Shown piece by piece: positions 49,936 through 58,955 of a DNA stretch of 64,000 bases. This stretch comes from an uncultured bacterium (GTDB taxonomy: Bacteria; Desulfobacterota; Deferrimicrobia; Deferrimicrobiales; Deferrimicrobiaceae): positions 23,576 to 87,575 of the forward strand of contig CAZTFC010000002.1 of the NCBI GenBank assembly GCA_964612075.1. Reading direction: 5' to 3'. The notes beneath the pieces were generated by a model. The model ran no database searches. It saw only the letters and a program-made list of their open reading frames with translations, and was not told the origin of the DNA. Positions within the stretch are counted from its first letter, which is position 1; each line of letters opens with the position of its first letter. A program made the position numbers and the translations under genes.

Positions 49936-50285
49936 GCCTCCAGGAGCTTCCGGATCGTCTCCTTGAGCTCCGTGGGATCGTGGGACTTCACGATGTAGGC
50001 GTCGGAGGCCCACGTGTTGAAGTCCTGCTTGAACTCGCCGAACGCCGAAACCAGGATCACGGGGATCGTGGCGTTCTTCTCGCGGATCCGGCGCAGGACC
50101 TCGATGCCGTCGATCCCGGGCATCTTGATGTCGAGCGTCACGAGGTCCGGGCGGAACGCGTCGAGGCGGCGAAGCGCCTCCCGCCCGTCGGCGGCGAGAT
50201 CGACTTCGTATCCCTCGTCGGAGAGTTCCGCGCGGTACAGCTCGCGGATGCTCTCCTCGTCATCGACTACCAGGATCTTCTTCAT
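49929..50285 (-). CDS. stand-alone CheY-like response regulator receiver
   Basis: MKKILVVDDEESIRELY...DLVTLDIKMPGIDG...K: complete REC domain with a phospho-acceptor Asp. Confidence 0.88.
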   Translation of the reverse strand: MKKILVVDDEESIRELYRAELSDEGYEVDLAADGREALRRLDAFRPDLVTLDIKMPGIDGIEVLRRIREKNATIPVILVSAFGEFKQDFNTWASDAYIVKSHDPTELKETIRKLLEAG

Positions 50286-50907
50286 GGCGCCCCTCCTTCG
50301 GCACGGTTTCCCCTTCCCCCCAGCGGGGAAGCACGCCCGCCTCGATCCCGATGCGGGAGAGCGCCCGGGCGGCGACGAAATCGACCAGCTCGGAAACCGA
50401 CCCCGGCCGATGGTAGAAACCCGGGCAGGCGGGAAGAACGTCCGCCCCCGCGCGGGCGAGGGCCAGCAGGTTTTCCAGATGAAGGACGGAGAGAGGTGTC
50501 TCGCGCACCACCAGGACCAGCGGCCTGCGCTCCTTGACGGCCACGTCGGCGCAGCGGGTCAGCACCGACGACGCGACGCCGGAGGCGATCCGCCCGACGG
50601 TCCCCATGGAGCAGGGAGCGATGATCATCGCGTCGGGAGGGTTGGAGCCGGAGGCGAACGGGATCCGGAAATCGTCGTCGGCGTGCAGCCGGAACGGCCG
50701 GTTGCCGGAAACCAGGCGCGCGAGCCACTCCCGCCTCCCGTCGAGCCCCCCGGGAACCTCGCCGCCCCCGAGCTCGGCGGACAGGATCTCCCACGCCGTC
50801 GGGGTGACCAGGACGTGCAGGTCCACCCCCTGCGCCAGCAGCAGCCCGGCGCACCGCACTCCGTAGACGGCGCCGCTCGCGCCCGATATCCCCAGCAGAA
50901 CCCTCAT
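50260..50907 (-). CDS. ubiX: UbiX-family flavin prenyltransferase
   Basis: MRVLLGISGASGAVYG...IAPCSMGT flavoprotein motifs; ATGA overlap with ubiA. Confidence 0.9.
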   Translation of the reverse strand: MRVLLGISGASGAVYGVRCAGLLLAQGVDLHVLVTPTAWEILSAELGGGEVPGGLDGRREWLARLVSGNRPFRLHADDDFRIPFASGSNPPDAMIIAPCSMGTVGRIASGVASSVLTRCADVAVKERRPLVLVVRETPLSVLHLENLLALARAGADVLPACPGFYHRPGSVSELVDFVAARALSRIGIEAGVLPRWGEGETVPKEGRHEEDPGSR

Positions 50908-51785
50908 GGGGCGCCCCGCAACACGAGGTCCAGATAGGTGAAGAGGCAATAAGCGATGCTCACAACGCCGTTCAGGTTGAAAAACGCCATGTCCAGCCGG
51001 GAGAGATCGTCCTCCCGGACGATCGAATGCTCGTACGCCAGGACGCCGAAGCAGAGGACCAGCCCGGCCAGGTACCATGCGCCGAGCCCAAACAAATGAT
51101 ACCCCAGCAGCAACAGCGCCGCCATCGCCAAATGGAACGCCCGCGCGACCCGCAGCGAGCAGCCCGCCCCCAGGCGCCGGGGGATGGAGTGCAGCCCGGC
51201 GCTCCGGTCGAATTCGATGTCCTGCAGGGCGTACAGGACGTCGAAGCCGGCCGTCCAGAACATCACGGCGAAGCAGATCGACAGGATCCTCGCGTCGACC
51301 CCGCCCGTGACCGCGATCCAGGCCGCCAGCGGGGCGGCCCCCAGGCACGCGCCCAGGACCAGGTGGGAAGCCCAGGTGAACCGCTTCATGTACGAGTAGG
51401 AAAAGAGAAGGAGAAGCAGGACGGGGGAAAGCTTGAGACATAGGGGATTCAGCCTCCACGCCGCCAGCACGAGCAGGAGGGAGGAAAACAGGACGAGGAC
51501 GCCCGCCGTCGCCCGGCTCACCTTTCCCGCCGGTATCGCGCGGTCCCTCGTCCTCGGGTTCCTCGCGTCGATGTCGGCGTCCGCCAGGCGATTGAACCCC
51601 ATCGCGGCGCTGCGCGCGCCGACCATCGCCAGCAGGATGAAGAAGACGGTCCGCGCCGGGGGCAGGGCGTACGCGGCCCCCGTCTCCCGGGCGGCAAGGA
51701 ACATCCCCACGAACGCGAACGGCAGCGCGAAGACCGTATGCGCCACCTTGATCATCTCCAGGTAGACGGCGATCCGGCGGAGCAT
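50904..51785 (-). CDS. ubiA: UbiA-family 4-hydroxybenzoate polyprenyltransferase-like
   Basis: UbiA motifs (NRLADADIDARNPRT; second D-rich motif YALQDIEFD), 8-9 TM helices; start chosen at MLRRIAVYLEMIKVAHT. Confidence 0.85.
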   Translation of the reverse strand: MLRRIAVYLEMIKVAHTVFALPFAFVGMFLAARETGAAYALPPARTVFFILLAMVGARSAAMGFNRLADADIDARNPRTRDRAIPAGKVSRATAGVLVLFSSLLLVLAAWRLNPLCLKLSPVLLLLLFSYSYMKRFTWASHLVLGACLGAAPLAAWIAVTGGVDARILSICFAVMFWTAGFDVLYALQDIEFDRSAGLHSIPRRLGAGCSLRVARAFHLAMAALLLLGYHLFGLGAWYLAGLVLCFGVLAYEHSIVREDDLSRLDMAFFNLNGVVSIAYCLFTYLDLVLRGAP

Positions 51786-51864
51786 CTCTAGGCTCCCTCG
51801 AATCCGGCATCCCGGAGCAGCCGCAAGGAGCGGATCCCTCGCACGAGCACCTCCCATTGTTCCG

Positions 51865-52003
51865 GCATCCCCGGTGGTCTCCTGCTCCGCAACGGGAGGT
51901 CCCTCGGAGCTACGGCTCGTCGACCGTCCATGGTCTCCTCATCTGCGCTGTTTCTCCCTCCGCCCTCCCTGGCTCTCGGTCGAAACAGACGCCGCTCCTC
52001 GCG
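51865..52003 (+). repeat. MITE-like palindromic intergenic element, family 1, copy B
   Basis: About 139 bp with terminal inverted repeats (CCGCAACGGG / CCCGTTGC) and an internal inverted repeat (CTGTTTC...GAAACAG); ~85% identical to the reverse-complemented copy at 59998-60135. Confidence 0.6.
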
Positions 52004-52140
52004 ACCCCCGTTGCTCCGCGGGAGCCCCCCCACGCGCCGGAACAATTCGTGAAGTTCTCGTGCCCGCAGCGCTCCCTGCGGCTGCTTCGGGATGCCGGAC
52101 ATGAAGGCCCGGATGCTCCGCCGGATCGGCCCATTGAGCG

Positions 52141-52188
52141 GGGGACACTCTTTCCCTCCGCCCGTTTTCGAACCAAGAGTGTCCCCCT
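52141..52188. repeat. REP-like hairpin repeat, family 2, single copy
   Basis: GGGGGACACTCTTtccctccgcccgttttcgaaccAAGAGTGTCCCCC; same hairpin as the tandem copies at 59648-59837. Confidence 0.5.
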
Positions 52189-52504
52189 CTGGGCAAGCCG
52201 TCCCCCTTGGTTGGAGGAGTATCGGTCTCTGCCGTTGGAAGGGGCGCTGCGGGCACCATGATGCCGCGTAAGCCGAAAAGGGTGTCCCCTGAGCGGAGAG
52301 ACGAAAGCGCGGAACCGGCGGAGACCCCGCACTCTTTATACGGAGATATAATCGATGGCCGATCAGGGTGACCGAAGGCAGGGAAAGCTCTTATAAGCAC
52401 GTTTGCTGGTCGTAGCCGGGTAGCCGCGGCTCGAAGCGAACGGGGACAGCCCTTTTCGGCGTAAGCGGCATCCATTTGTTCCGCTTGCAGCGCCCCTTCC
52501 GGCG

Positions 52505-53947
52505 TCAGAAGCCGTACTCCTTCCACCGCCGCGTCACCAGCCCCGTGATCTCCTCCGGCATGACGATGTCCTCGGGCCATTCGCGGGCGAAACCTTCCGA
52601 GGCCCATTTCCGCGTCGCGTCGATCCCCATCTTCGAGCCGTAGTGCGGGACGGGGGAAGCGTGCTCGAGCGCGTCCACCGGTCCGTCCACGATCATCGTG
52701 TCCCTGCGGGGGTCCACGTTGTTCCCGATCCGCCACATCGCCTCGGAGAGGTTCTGGATGTCCACGTCCGCGTCGAACACGACCACGAACTTGGAGAACA
52801 TGAGCAGGCCGAGCCCCCAGACGGCGCTCATCACCTTGCGGGCGTGCCCGGGGTACCGCTTGTCGATGGAGAACAGGGCGAAGTTGTGGAAGATCCCCTC
52901 GGGGGGGAGGTTCATGTCGACGACTTCGGGGACGATCTTCCGGAGCATGGGCAGGAAGATCCGCTCGGTGGCCTTCCCCATGAAGACGTCCTCCATCGGC
53001 GGCTTCCCGACGATGGTGGCCGGGTAGACGGGGTTCCTCTTCCGGGTCACGCACGTCAGGTGGAAGACCGGGTACCCGTCGGCCAGCGAATAGTACCCCG
53101 TGTGGTCGCCGAACGGCCCCTCGGTCCGCAGCTCCGCGGGGTCCACGTATCCCTCGAGGACCACCTCGGAATGGGCGGGGACCTCGATGTCGGAGGTGAC
53201 GCACCGGACCATCTCGACCGGCTCCTTCCGCAGGAACCCGGCGAACATCATCTCGTCGACATCCTCGGGCAGCGGTGCGGAGGCCGAATAGATCGTCGCG
53301 GGGTCGCCGCCCAGCGCCACCGCGACGGGCATCCGCTCCCGCTTCCGGCGGAAGCCGCGGTAGTGCTGCGCCCCGCCCTTGTGGACGTGCCAGTGCATGC
53401 CTGTGGTCGTCTCGTCGTACACGTGCATCCGGTACATCCCCACGTTGCGCCGCCCCGTCTCCGGGTCCTTCGTGAACACCAGCGGCAGCGTGATGAACGG
53501 CCCCCCGTCCCCGGGCCAGGTCTTCACGACGGGCAGGAACGAAAGCGACGGCCGCTCCCGTTCCACCAATTCCTGGCAGGGGGCGGAGGATACGGTCTTC
53601 GGGAGGAAGTCCGCGAGCCGCGCCAGGCGGGGAAGCATCTTGAGCTTCTCCAGGAAGTTGGTGGGGATCTCCGGCTCCAGGATCTCGGTGACGCGCGCGC
53701 CGATGTCGTCGAGCCGCGCGACCCCCAGGGCGAAGCACATCCGCTCCATCGTCCCGAAGAGGTTCATGGCGAGCGGCACTTCGGTGCCCGAAACGTTCGT
53801 GAACAGCAGCGCCGGACCGCCGGATTTGATCGCCCGGTCGGCGATTTCCGCCGCTTCGAGCTCCGTGGAAACCTGCGCGGCGATTTTTTTCAGGTCCCCT
53901 CGCGCCTCGAGGGCGGCGAGGAACGAAGGCAGGTCGCGGAACGCCAT
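52505..53947 (-). CDS. ubiD: UbiD-family (prFMN-dependent) decarboxylase
   Basis: UbiD family domain organisation across ~480 aa; start at MAFRDLPSFLAAL. Confidence 0.9.
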   Translation of the reverse strand: MAFRDLPSFLAALEARGDLKKIAAQVSTELEAAEIADRAIKSGGPALLFTNVSGTEVPLAMNLFGTMERMCFALGVARLDDIGARVTEILEPEIPTNFLEKLKMLPRLARLADFLPKTVSSAPCQELVERERPSLSFLPVVKTWPGDGGPFITLPLVFTKDPETGRRNVGMYRMHVYDETTTGMHWHVHKGGAQHYRGFRRKRERMPVAVALGGDPATIYSASAPLPEDVDEMMFAGFLRKEPVEMVRCVTSDIEVPAHSEVVLEGYVDPAELRTEGPFGDHTGYYSLADGYPVFHLTCVTRKRNPVYPATIVGKPPMEDVFMGKATERIFLPMLRKIVPEVVDMNLPPEGIFHNFALFSIDKRYPGHARKVMSAVWGLGLLMFSKFVVVFDADVDIQNLSEAMWRIGNNVDPRRDTMIVDGPVDALEHASPVPHYGSKMGIDATRKWASEGFAREWPEDIVMPEEITGLVTRRWKEYGF

Positions 53948-54081
53948 CGGGATCCCTCGGGAAAGCGCGTGATGGAAAATCATAACATACGGAGGCTGGG
54001 GGCGATTCCAGCGGGCGGAGCCGGGGGGGAAAGGGATATAATCTATATCAATCCACGACAGGCCGGACGGAAAGGACGATC

Positions 54082-56331
54082 ATGAAGATCACGATCCGCC
54101 TCATCGTGTCGCTGACGCTCGTGGTGGCCCTGGTCGCCGCCGGCTCTTCCCTCTACCAGGTGCGGAAGGAGCGGCTCCGGCTCGCGGCCGACATGGAGCG
54201 CCGCGTCGTCCTCCTGGCCGAAGGTCTCCGGGATTCGGTCGTCCCGCTCGTCCGTTCCGATTCCCGCGAGAAGCTCGACCGGCTCGTGGAACGGTTCGGC
54301 AACCGGGAACGGCTCCAGGGGATCGCCGTCTTCGACCGGCAGGCCGACGTCATCGCTTCGACCTCCCTTCTGAAAAACCGCCTCCCCCGGTCGCTCCCGC
54401 AGGTCGTGAACACGCTCGAGGACGGCCGGCCGGCGAGCGCATTCAAGCGGATCGAGGGGAAAAGGACCTACGTTTACGCGTTCCCCCTGGTCCAGGACGA
54501 GGAGACCCTCGGGGTCCTCGCGCTCTTCGACGACGCTTCCTACATCGACGTCCGGCTCAAGGAGATCTGGAAAGACAACCTCCTGCGCTTCCTGGTCCTG
54601 ACCCTGCTGGTGGTGGCGATCACCGTCCTGGTGGTCCGCTGGAGCATCACGGGCCCGATCGCCCAGATCGCCGAATGGGCCCGCGACCTCCGGATGGGAA
54701 AGGAGAAGCCGAAGATGCCGTCCGGGCGGCAGGGCGTGCTGGGCCCCCTCATCTCGGAGGTGAGCCACCTCGCGAAGAGCCTGGAGGCGGCCCGGGTGGA
54801 GGCGGAGGAGGAGGCCAAGCTGCGTCTCCACGCGGAATCCCTCTGGACCGCCGGGCGCCTGAAGGAGCATCTGCGCTCGGAGCTCGGAGGGGGGAAGCTG
54901 TTCCTCGTCTCCAACCGCGAGCCCTACATACACACGAAGGACGGCCGGAACGTCCGGTGCGTCGTGCCCGCGGGCGGGCTGGTCACGGCGCTCGACCCCG
55001 TCATGCGGGTCTCCGACGGCGTCTGGATCGCGCACGGCAGCGGGGACGCCGACCGGGAGACGACGGGGGAAGGCGACAAGCTGCGCGTCCCGCCGGAGGA
55101 GCCTGCGTACACCCTGAGGCGGGTCTGGCTTACCAAGGAGGAGGAGGACGGGTACTATTACGGGTTTTCGAACGAAGGGCTGTGGCCCCTCTGCCACATC
55201 ACCCACACCCGACCCACCTTCCGGCTGGAGGACTGGAACCATTACATGAAAGTGAACGAGAAGTTCGCGCAGGCGCTGCTCGAGGAAATCGCCGGGGAGG
55301 AATCGCCCCTGGTCCTCGTCCAGGACTACCATTTCGCCCTCCTGCCGCAGATGGTGAAGAAGGAACGGCCCGACGCGCGGGTCGCCATCTTCTGGCACAT
55401 CCCCTGGCCCAACCCCGAGGCATACGGAATCTGCCCGTGGCACCAGGAGATCCTCACGGGCATGCTCGGGGCGGACATCATCGGGTTCCACATCCAGTTC
55501 CACTGCAACAATTTCCTGGAGAGCGCCGACCGTTTCCTCGAGTCGAAGATCAACTGGGAGCAGTTCTCCATCACCCGGGGCGACCACGTCACCCTGGTCC
55601 GCCCTTTCCCCATCAGCGTCAGCTTCGACAGCGCGCCTTCCCCCGAAGACTCCCCGGCCAGAGAGGCCTCGAAGGACCGCGTCCTCAAGGAGCACGGGAT
55701 CCAGGCGGAGTTCCTCGCGGTGGGAGTCGACCGCATCGACTACACGAAGGGGATCCCCGAGCGGTTCCGGGCCATCGAGCGGTTCCTGGAGAAATACCCG
55801 GAGTTCATCGAGCGGTTCGTCTTCGTCGAGCTGGGCGCGCCCAGCCGCACCCACGTGAAACGATACCGGGACCTCCAGTCGGAGATCGAGGAGATGGTCG
55901 AGAAGATCAACTGGCGGTTCCAGACGAAGAAATGGAAGCCGATCCTCTTCCTCAAGGCGCACCACAGCCACGAGACGATCGCCCCGTTCTACAAGGCGTC
56001 CGACGTCTGCCTGGTCACCTCGCTCCACGACGGGATGAACCTGGTCGCGAAGGAATACGTCGCCGCGCGGGCGGACGAGGACGGCGTCCTGGTCCTGAGC
56101 CAGTTCACCGGGGCCTCGCGCGAGCTGAAGGACGCCCTCATCGTCAACCCGTACGACATCGAGGAGATGGCGGAAGCCATCGCCGCCTCGCTGAAGATGG
56201 ACCCCGTGGAACGATCCGAAAGGATGAAGCGGATGCGCGCGACGTTAAGGGAGCACAACATCTACCGATGGGCGGGGAAACTCGTCACGGAGCTCGCCCG
56301 CCTTCGGCTGCCCGCGGCGGCGCCCCGCTGA
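54082..56331 (+). CDS. otsA: membrane sensor (TM, periplasmic domain, TM, HAMP) fused to trehalose-6-phosphate synthase (GT20, OtsA)
   Basis: TM at aa 5-23, ~140-aa extracytoplasmic segment, TM at ~168-188, HAMP-like amphipathic linker, then a full GT20 domain (LVSNREPY...GFSNEGLWPLCH...LVQDYHF...VNPYD). Confidence 0.86.
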   Translation: MKITIRLIVSLTLVVALVAAGSSLYQVRKERLRLAADMERRVVLLAEGLRDSVVPLVRSDSREKLDRLVERFGNRERLQGIAVFDRQADVIASTSLLKNRLPRSLPQVVNTLEDGRPASAFKRIEGKRTYVYAFPLVQDEETLGVLALFDDASYIDVRLKEIWKDNLLRFLVLTLLVVAITVLVVRWSITGPIAQIAEWARDLRMGKEKPKMPSGRQGVLGPLISEVSHLAKSLEAARVEAEEEAKLRLHAESLWTAGRLKEHLRSELGGGKLFLVSNREPYIHTKDGRNVRCVVPAGGLVTALDPVMRVSDGVWIAHGSGDADRETTGEGDKLRVPPEEPAYTLRRVWLTKEEEDGYYYGFSNEGLWPLCHITHTRPTFRLEDWNHYMKVNEKFAQALLEEIAGEESPLVLVQDYHFALLPQMVKKERPDARVAIFWHIPWPNPEAYGICPWHQEILTGMLGADIIGFHIQFHCNNFLESADRFLESKINWEQFSITRGDHVTLVRPFPISVSFDSAPSPEDSPAREASKDRVLKEHGIQAEFLAVGVDRIDYTKGIPERFRAIERFLEKYPEFIERFVFVELGAPSRTHVKRYRDLQSEIEEMVEKINWRFQTKKWKPILFLKAHHSHETIAPFYKASDVCLVTSLHDGMNLVAKEYVAARADEDGVLVLSQFTGASRELKDALIVNPYDIEEMAEAIAASLKMDPVERSERMKRMRATLREHNIYRWAGKLVTELARLRLPAAAPR

Positions 56332-56341
56332 AAAAGGCGCC

Positions 56342-56641
56342 TTACCCCCGGGAGCGCAGGACCACCCGCGTCGCCCCCCATCCCCCGGCCCCCGGGGAGG
56401 CGTCCGAGAACGCCGCGACCAGCGGGTGACCGCTCAGCACGGACCGTATGGCCGCCCTCTGGACCCCCTTCCCTTTCCCGTGGATGAGACGGACCTCCCG
56501 AAACCCCTTCGCGGCCGCCTCCTCGAGATATTCCTCGACGACGGACACGACGTCGCGCGGGGGGAACGCGTGCAGGTCGATGCTGTCCTCCACCGGGACG
56601 CGGTGAGGAGGGTCCTCGCGCGGAGGGTCCTCTCCGGTCAC
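56342..56641 (-). CDS. Smr-domain protein
   Basis: IDLHAFPPRDVVSVVEEYLEEAAAKGFREVRLIHGKGKG matches the Smr nuclease/MutS2 C-terminal-like domain. Confidence 0.7.
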   Translation of the reverse strand: MTGEDPPREDPPHRVPVEDSIDLHAFPPRDVVSVVEEYLEEAAAKGFREVRLIHGKGKGVQRAAIRSVLSGHPLVAAFSDASPGAGGWGATRVVLRSRG

Positions 56642-57699
56642 GGCTTCAGGAGGAGGGAGGCGGCGACGGCCGTCTCCCGCAGCGCCGGAGCGGGCTCCGG
56701 CCCCAGGAGGAGCGAGGCGCTGTTGTTCCGGGCGATCCCGCGCAGCTCCTCGAACGGGATCCGGGCGAAGGACGCGACGACCGCCGGGTCGAAGCGCGTG
56801 CCGGAGCCGTCCCAGATCTCTTTCAAGGCCTCCGCGTGGGAGCAGGCGGTGTGGTACGAACGGTTCGTCGTCAAGGCGTCGTAGACGTCGATCACGGAGA
56901 ACATGCGGGCGCCCAGGGGGATCCCCTCCCCTTTGAGCCCCCGCGGGTACCCCGTCCCGTCGTACCGTTCATGGTGGGAAAGGACGATCTCCGCCGGCTC
57001 GCGAAGGAAATCGATCTTCCTCAAGATGTTCGCGCCGACCATGGGGTGCGTCCGCATCACCCGCCACTCCTCGTCGGTCAGCGCGCCCGGCTTCAGGAGC
57101 ACCTCGTCGGGGATGCCGATCTTCCCCACGTCGTGCAGCAGGGCGCCCCGCCAGAAGATGTCCAGCGCATTCCCGTCCCGGACCCCCATCTGCCTCGCGA
57201 GCCGCAGCGTGTAGTCCGCCACCCGTTGCGAGTGGACGCCCGTGTTGTGCTCCCGCACGTCGAGGGAGGACGCCAGGGCCAGGAGCGTGTTGTCGTTCGC
57301 GTTCTCGATGTCCCGCGTGTACCTCTTCTGCTGGTCGAAGAAGCTGGCGGCGAGCGCGCCCACGAGCCAGAAGATCCCCATCTCGCCGACCCGCTCCGCC
57401 TGGGCGGGCAGCTCCGTGGGCCAGGAACTGCCGACCAGCCCCAGGCAGACCGCCATCGCGACCGCCGTCGCGACCGCGGCCCCGCGCGCGCCGAACCACG
57501 ACGCGCAGAGGAGGATCGGCATGAGGTACAGCTTGCGGAGCAGCTCCTGGGAATTGGCCCATTCCGGGGACTGTTCGGGGATGGCGATCAGCGCCGCCGT
57601 GATCGATGCCATCATGGTGGCCACCGCCAGGCCCCGCGCCAGCGTCCCGGAGAACCCGAAGATGGTTTCTTCTCGCCGAACTTCCCGCATGGGTGTCAT
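56638..57699 (-). CDS. membrane-anchored HD-GYP phosphodiesterase
   Basis: 4-5 N-terminal TM helices, then HD (HDVGKIGIP) ... HHERYDGTGYP (HD-GYP signature); ATGA overlap with smr. Confidence 0.85.
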   Translation of the reverse strand: MTPMREVRREETIFGFSGTLARGLAVATMMASITAALIAIPEQSPEWANSQELLRKLYLMPILLCASWFGARGAAVATAVAMAVCLGLVGSSWPTELPAQAERVGEMGIFWLVGALAASFFDQQKRYTRDIENANDNTLLALASSLDVREHNTGVHSQRVADYTLRLARQMGVRDGNALDIFWRGALLHDVGKIGIPDEVLLKPGALTDEEWRVMRTHPMVGANILRKIDFLREPAEIVLSHHERYDGTGYPRGLKGEGIPLGARMFSVIDVYDALTTNRSYHTACSHAEALKEIWDGSGTRFDPAVVASFARIPFEELRGIARNNSASLLLGPEPAPALRETAVAASLLLKP

Positions 57700-57700
57700 A

Positions 57701-58876
57701 TTATCGCATCGGCCGCCCGACGAAAGCATGATTATCCTCGTTGAACCGCCACAGGGCCGCGGCCGCCGCTCCCGCCCCGAACCCCGCCAGGTTTCCCGCA
57801 AGGCAGTACGGCGCGGGATCGAGGATGCCCGACAACGGGCCCCAGCTCCACAGGAACAGCGCCGCCGCCCAGGCGCAGGCGAACAGGTAGGCCGGGACGG
57901 AAAAGACCTTCCCCCCCCCGTACATGGAGATCGGAACCTGGGGGAAGAAAACGAGATAGGCGCCCAGCACCCCGGCGACCGCGCCGGCGGATCCGAGGGC
58001 GGCGGACGACCCCGCCTTTCCCCAGGCGACGTGCGCCGACCCGGCGACCGCCCCGCAGGCGAGATACAGGGCGAGGAACCAGCCGCGCCCCACCCGCCCC
58101 TCAACGTTGTCCCCGAGGACGAAAAGGAACAGGCAGCCCGCCGCGAGCGGAGCGATCCCGCCGTGGAAGAACGGGGCCAGCCAGGGAGCGAACGCCGGGA
58201 CGTTCGCCAGCCCGGCGCCGGCCGGCAGCGCGAGGCGGGCCGCGAACCCGTCCGCCCCCGCGAGGCCTGCCATGACGAGAAGGTGGAGCGCCACCGTCAC
58301 GCCGAGAAGCCCCCACGTGACGACGGGGGGCGCGCCCGGCGCCTCGCCGCCGTCCGCCAGGGGGACCACCACCGGGATTCCCGGCGCGCCGACGCCGGCC
58401 CGGATCTCCCTGTCGGGGCCGTACTCCCGCTCGAGGCGCCGCCGCATCTCGCCCGCCATCGAGGTCCCGAGCGCTTCGTACAGCGCGGCGTTCCTGCGTT
58501 GGATCCCGAACGTGCGGGCCAGGTCCGACACGGCGTCGCCCCGGACGAGCATCCCGCCGCACTCCCGGCACCGGAAGACCGGGACGCCGGTGTTCCGGAA
58601 ATCGACGACGGAGAGAGGCCGGGAACAACGGGGGCAAAGCAGCGAGGCGGCTTTCTTCCACGCGCGGGCCATCCGCGCGGAGATGTCCTCTTTCCCGTGC
58701 GGGACCGCTCCCTCCCCCGCCGGGGCCTCGCCGGTCCCCGGGAACCGCCCCTCGGCCAGCTCCCGGATCTCGCCGGCGTCGAACCACGCGGCCCCGCAGG
58801 AGACGCACCGGTCGATCCGGTCCGCGCCGGAATCCGCGGGCCGCATCGAGTCGATCTTGCAGAATGGGCACCTCAT
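57701..58876 (-). CDS. rhomboid-family intramembrane serine protease with two N-terminal zinc-ribbon modules
   Basis: CPFC...CVSC and CPRC...CREC ribbons, then rhomboid TMs with catalytic GxSG-like (GSAGAVAG) and a His in the last TMs. Confidence 0.78.
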   Translation of the reverse strand: MRCPFCKIDSMRPADSGADRIDRCVSCGAAWFDAGEIRELAEGRFPGTGEAPAGEGAVPHGKEDISARMARAWKKAASLLCPRCSRPLSVVDFRNTGVPVFRCRECGGMLVRGDAVSDLARTFGIQRRNAALYEALGTSMAGEMRRRLEREYGPDREIRAGVGAPGIPVVVPLADGGEAPGAPPVVTWGLLGVTVALHLLVMAGLAGADGFAARLALPAGAGLANVPAFAPWLAPFFHGGIAPLAAGCLFLFVLGDNVEGRVGRGWFLALYLACGAVAGSAHVAWGKAGSSAALGSAGAVAGVLGAYLVFFPQVPISMYGGGKVFSVPAYLFACAWAAALFLWSWGPLSGILDPAPYCLAGNLAGFGAGAAAAALWRFNEDNHAFVGRPMR

Positions 58877-58955
58877 CTCATCCCTTATCGGAAAGGCGTC
58901 GGCGGAACCTTAAAACCTCGGGGATGATACCATCGGGAACGGGGGGCAGACAGCC

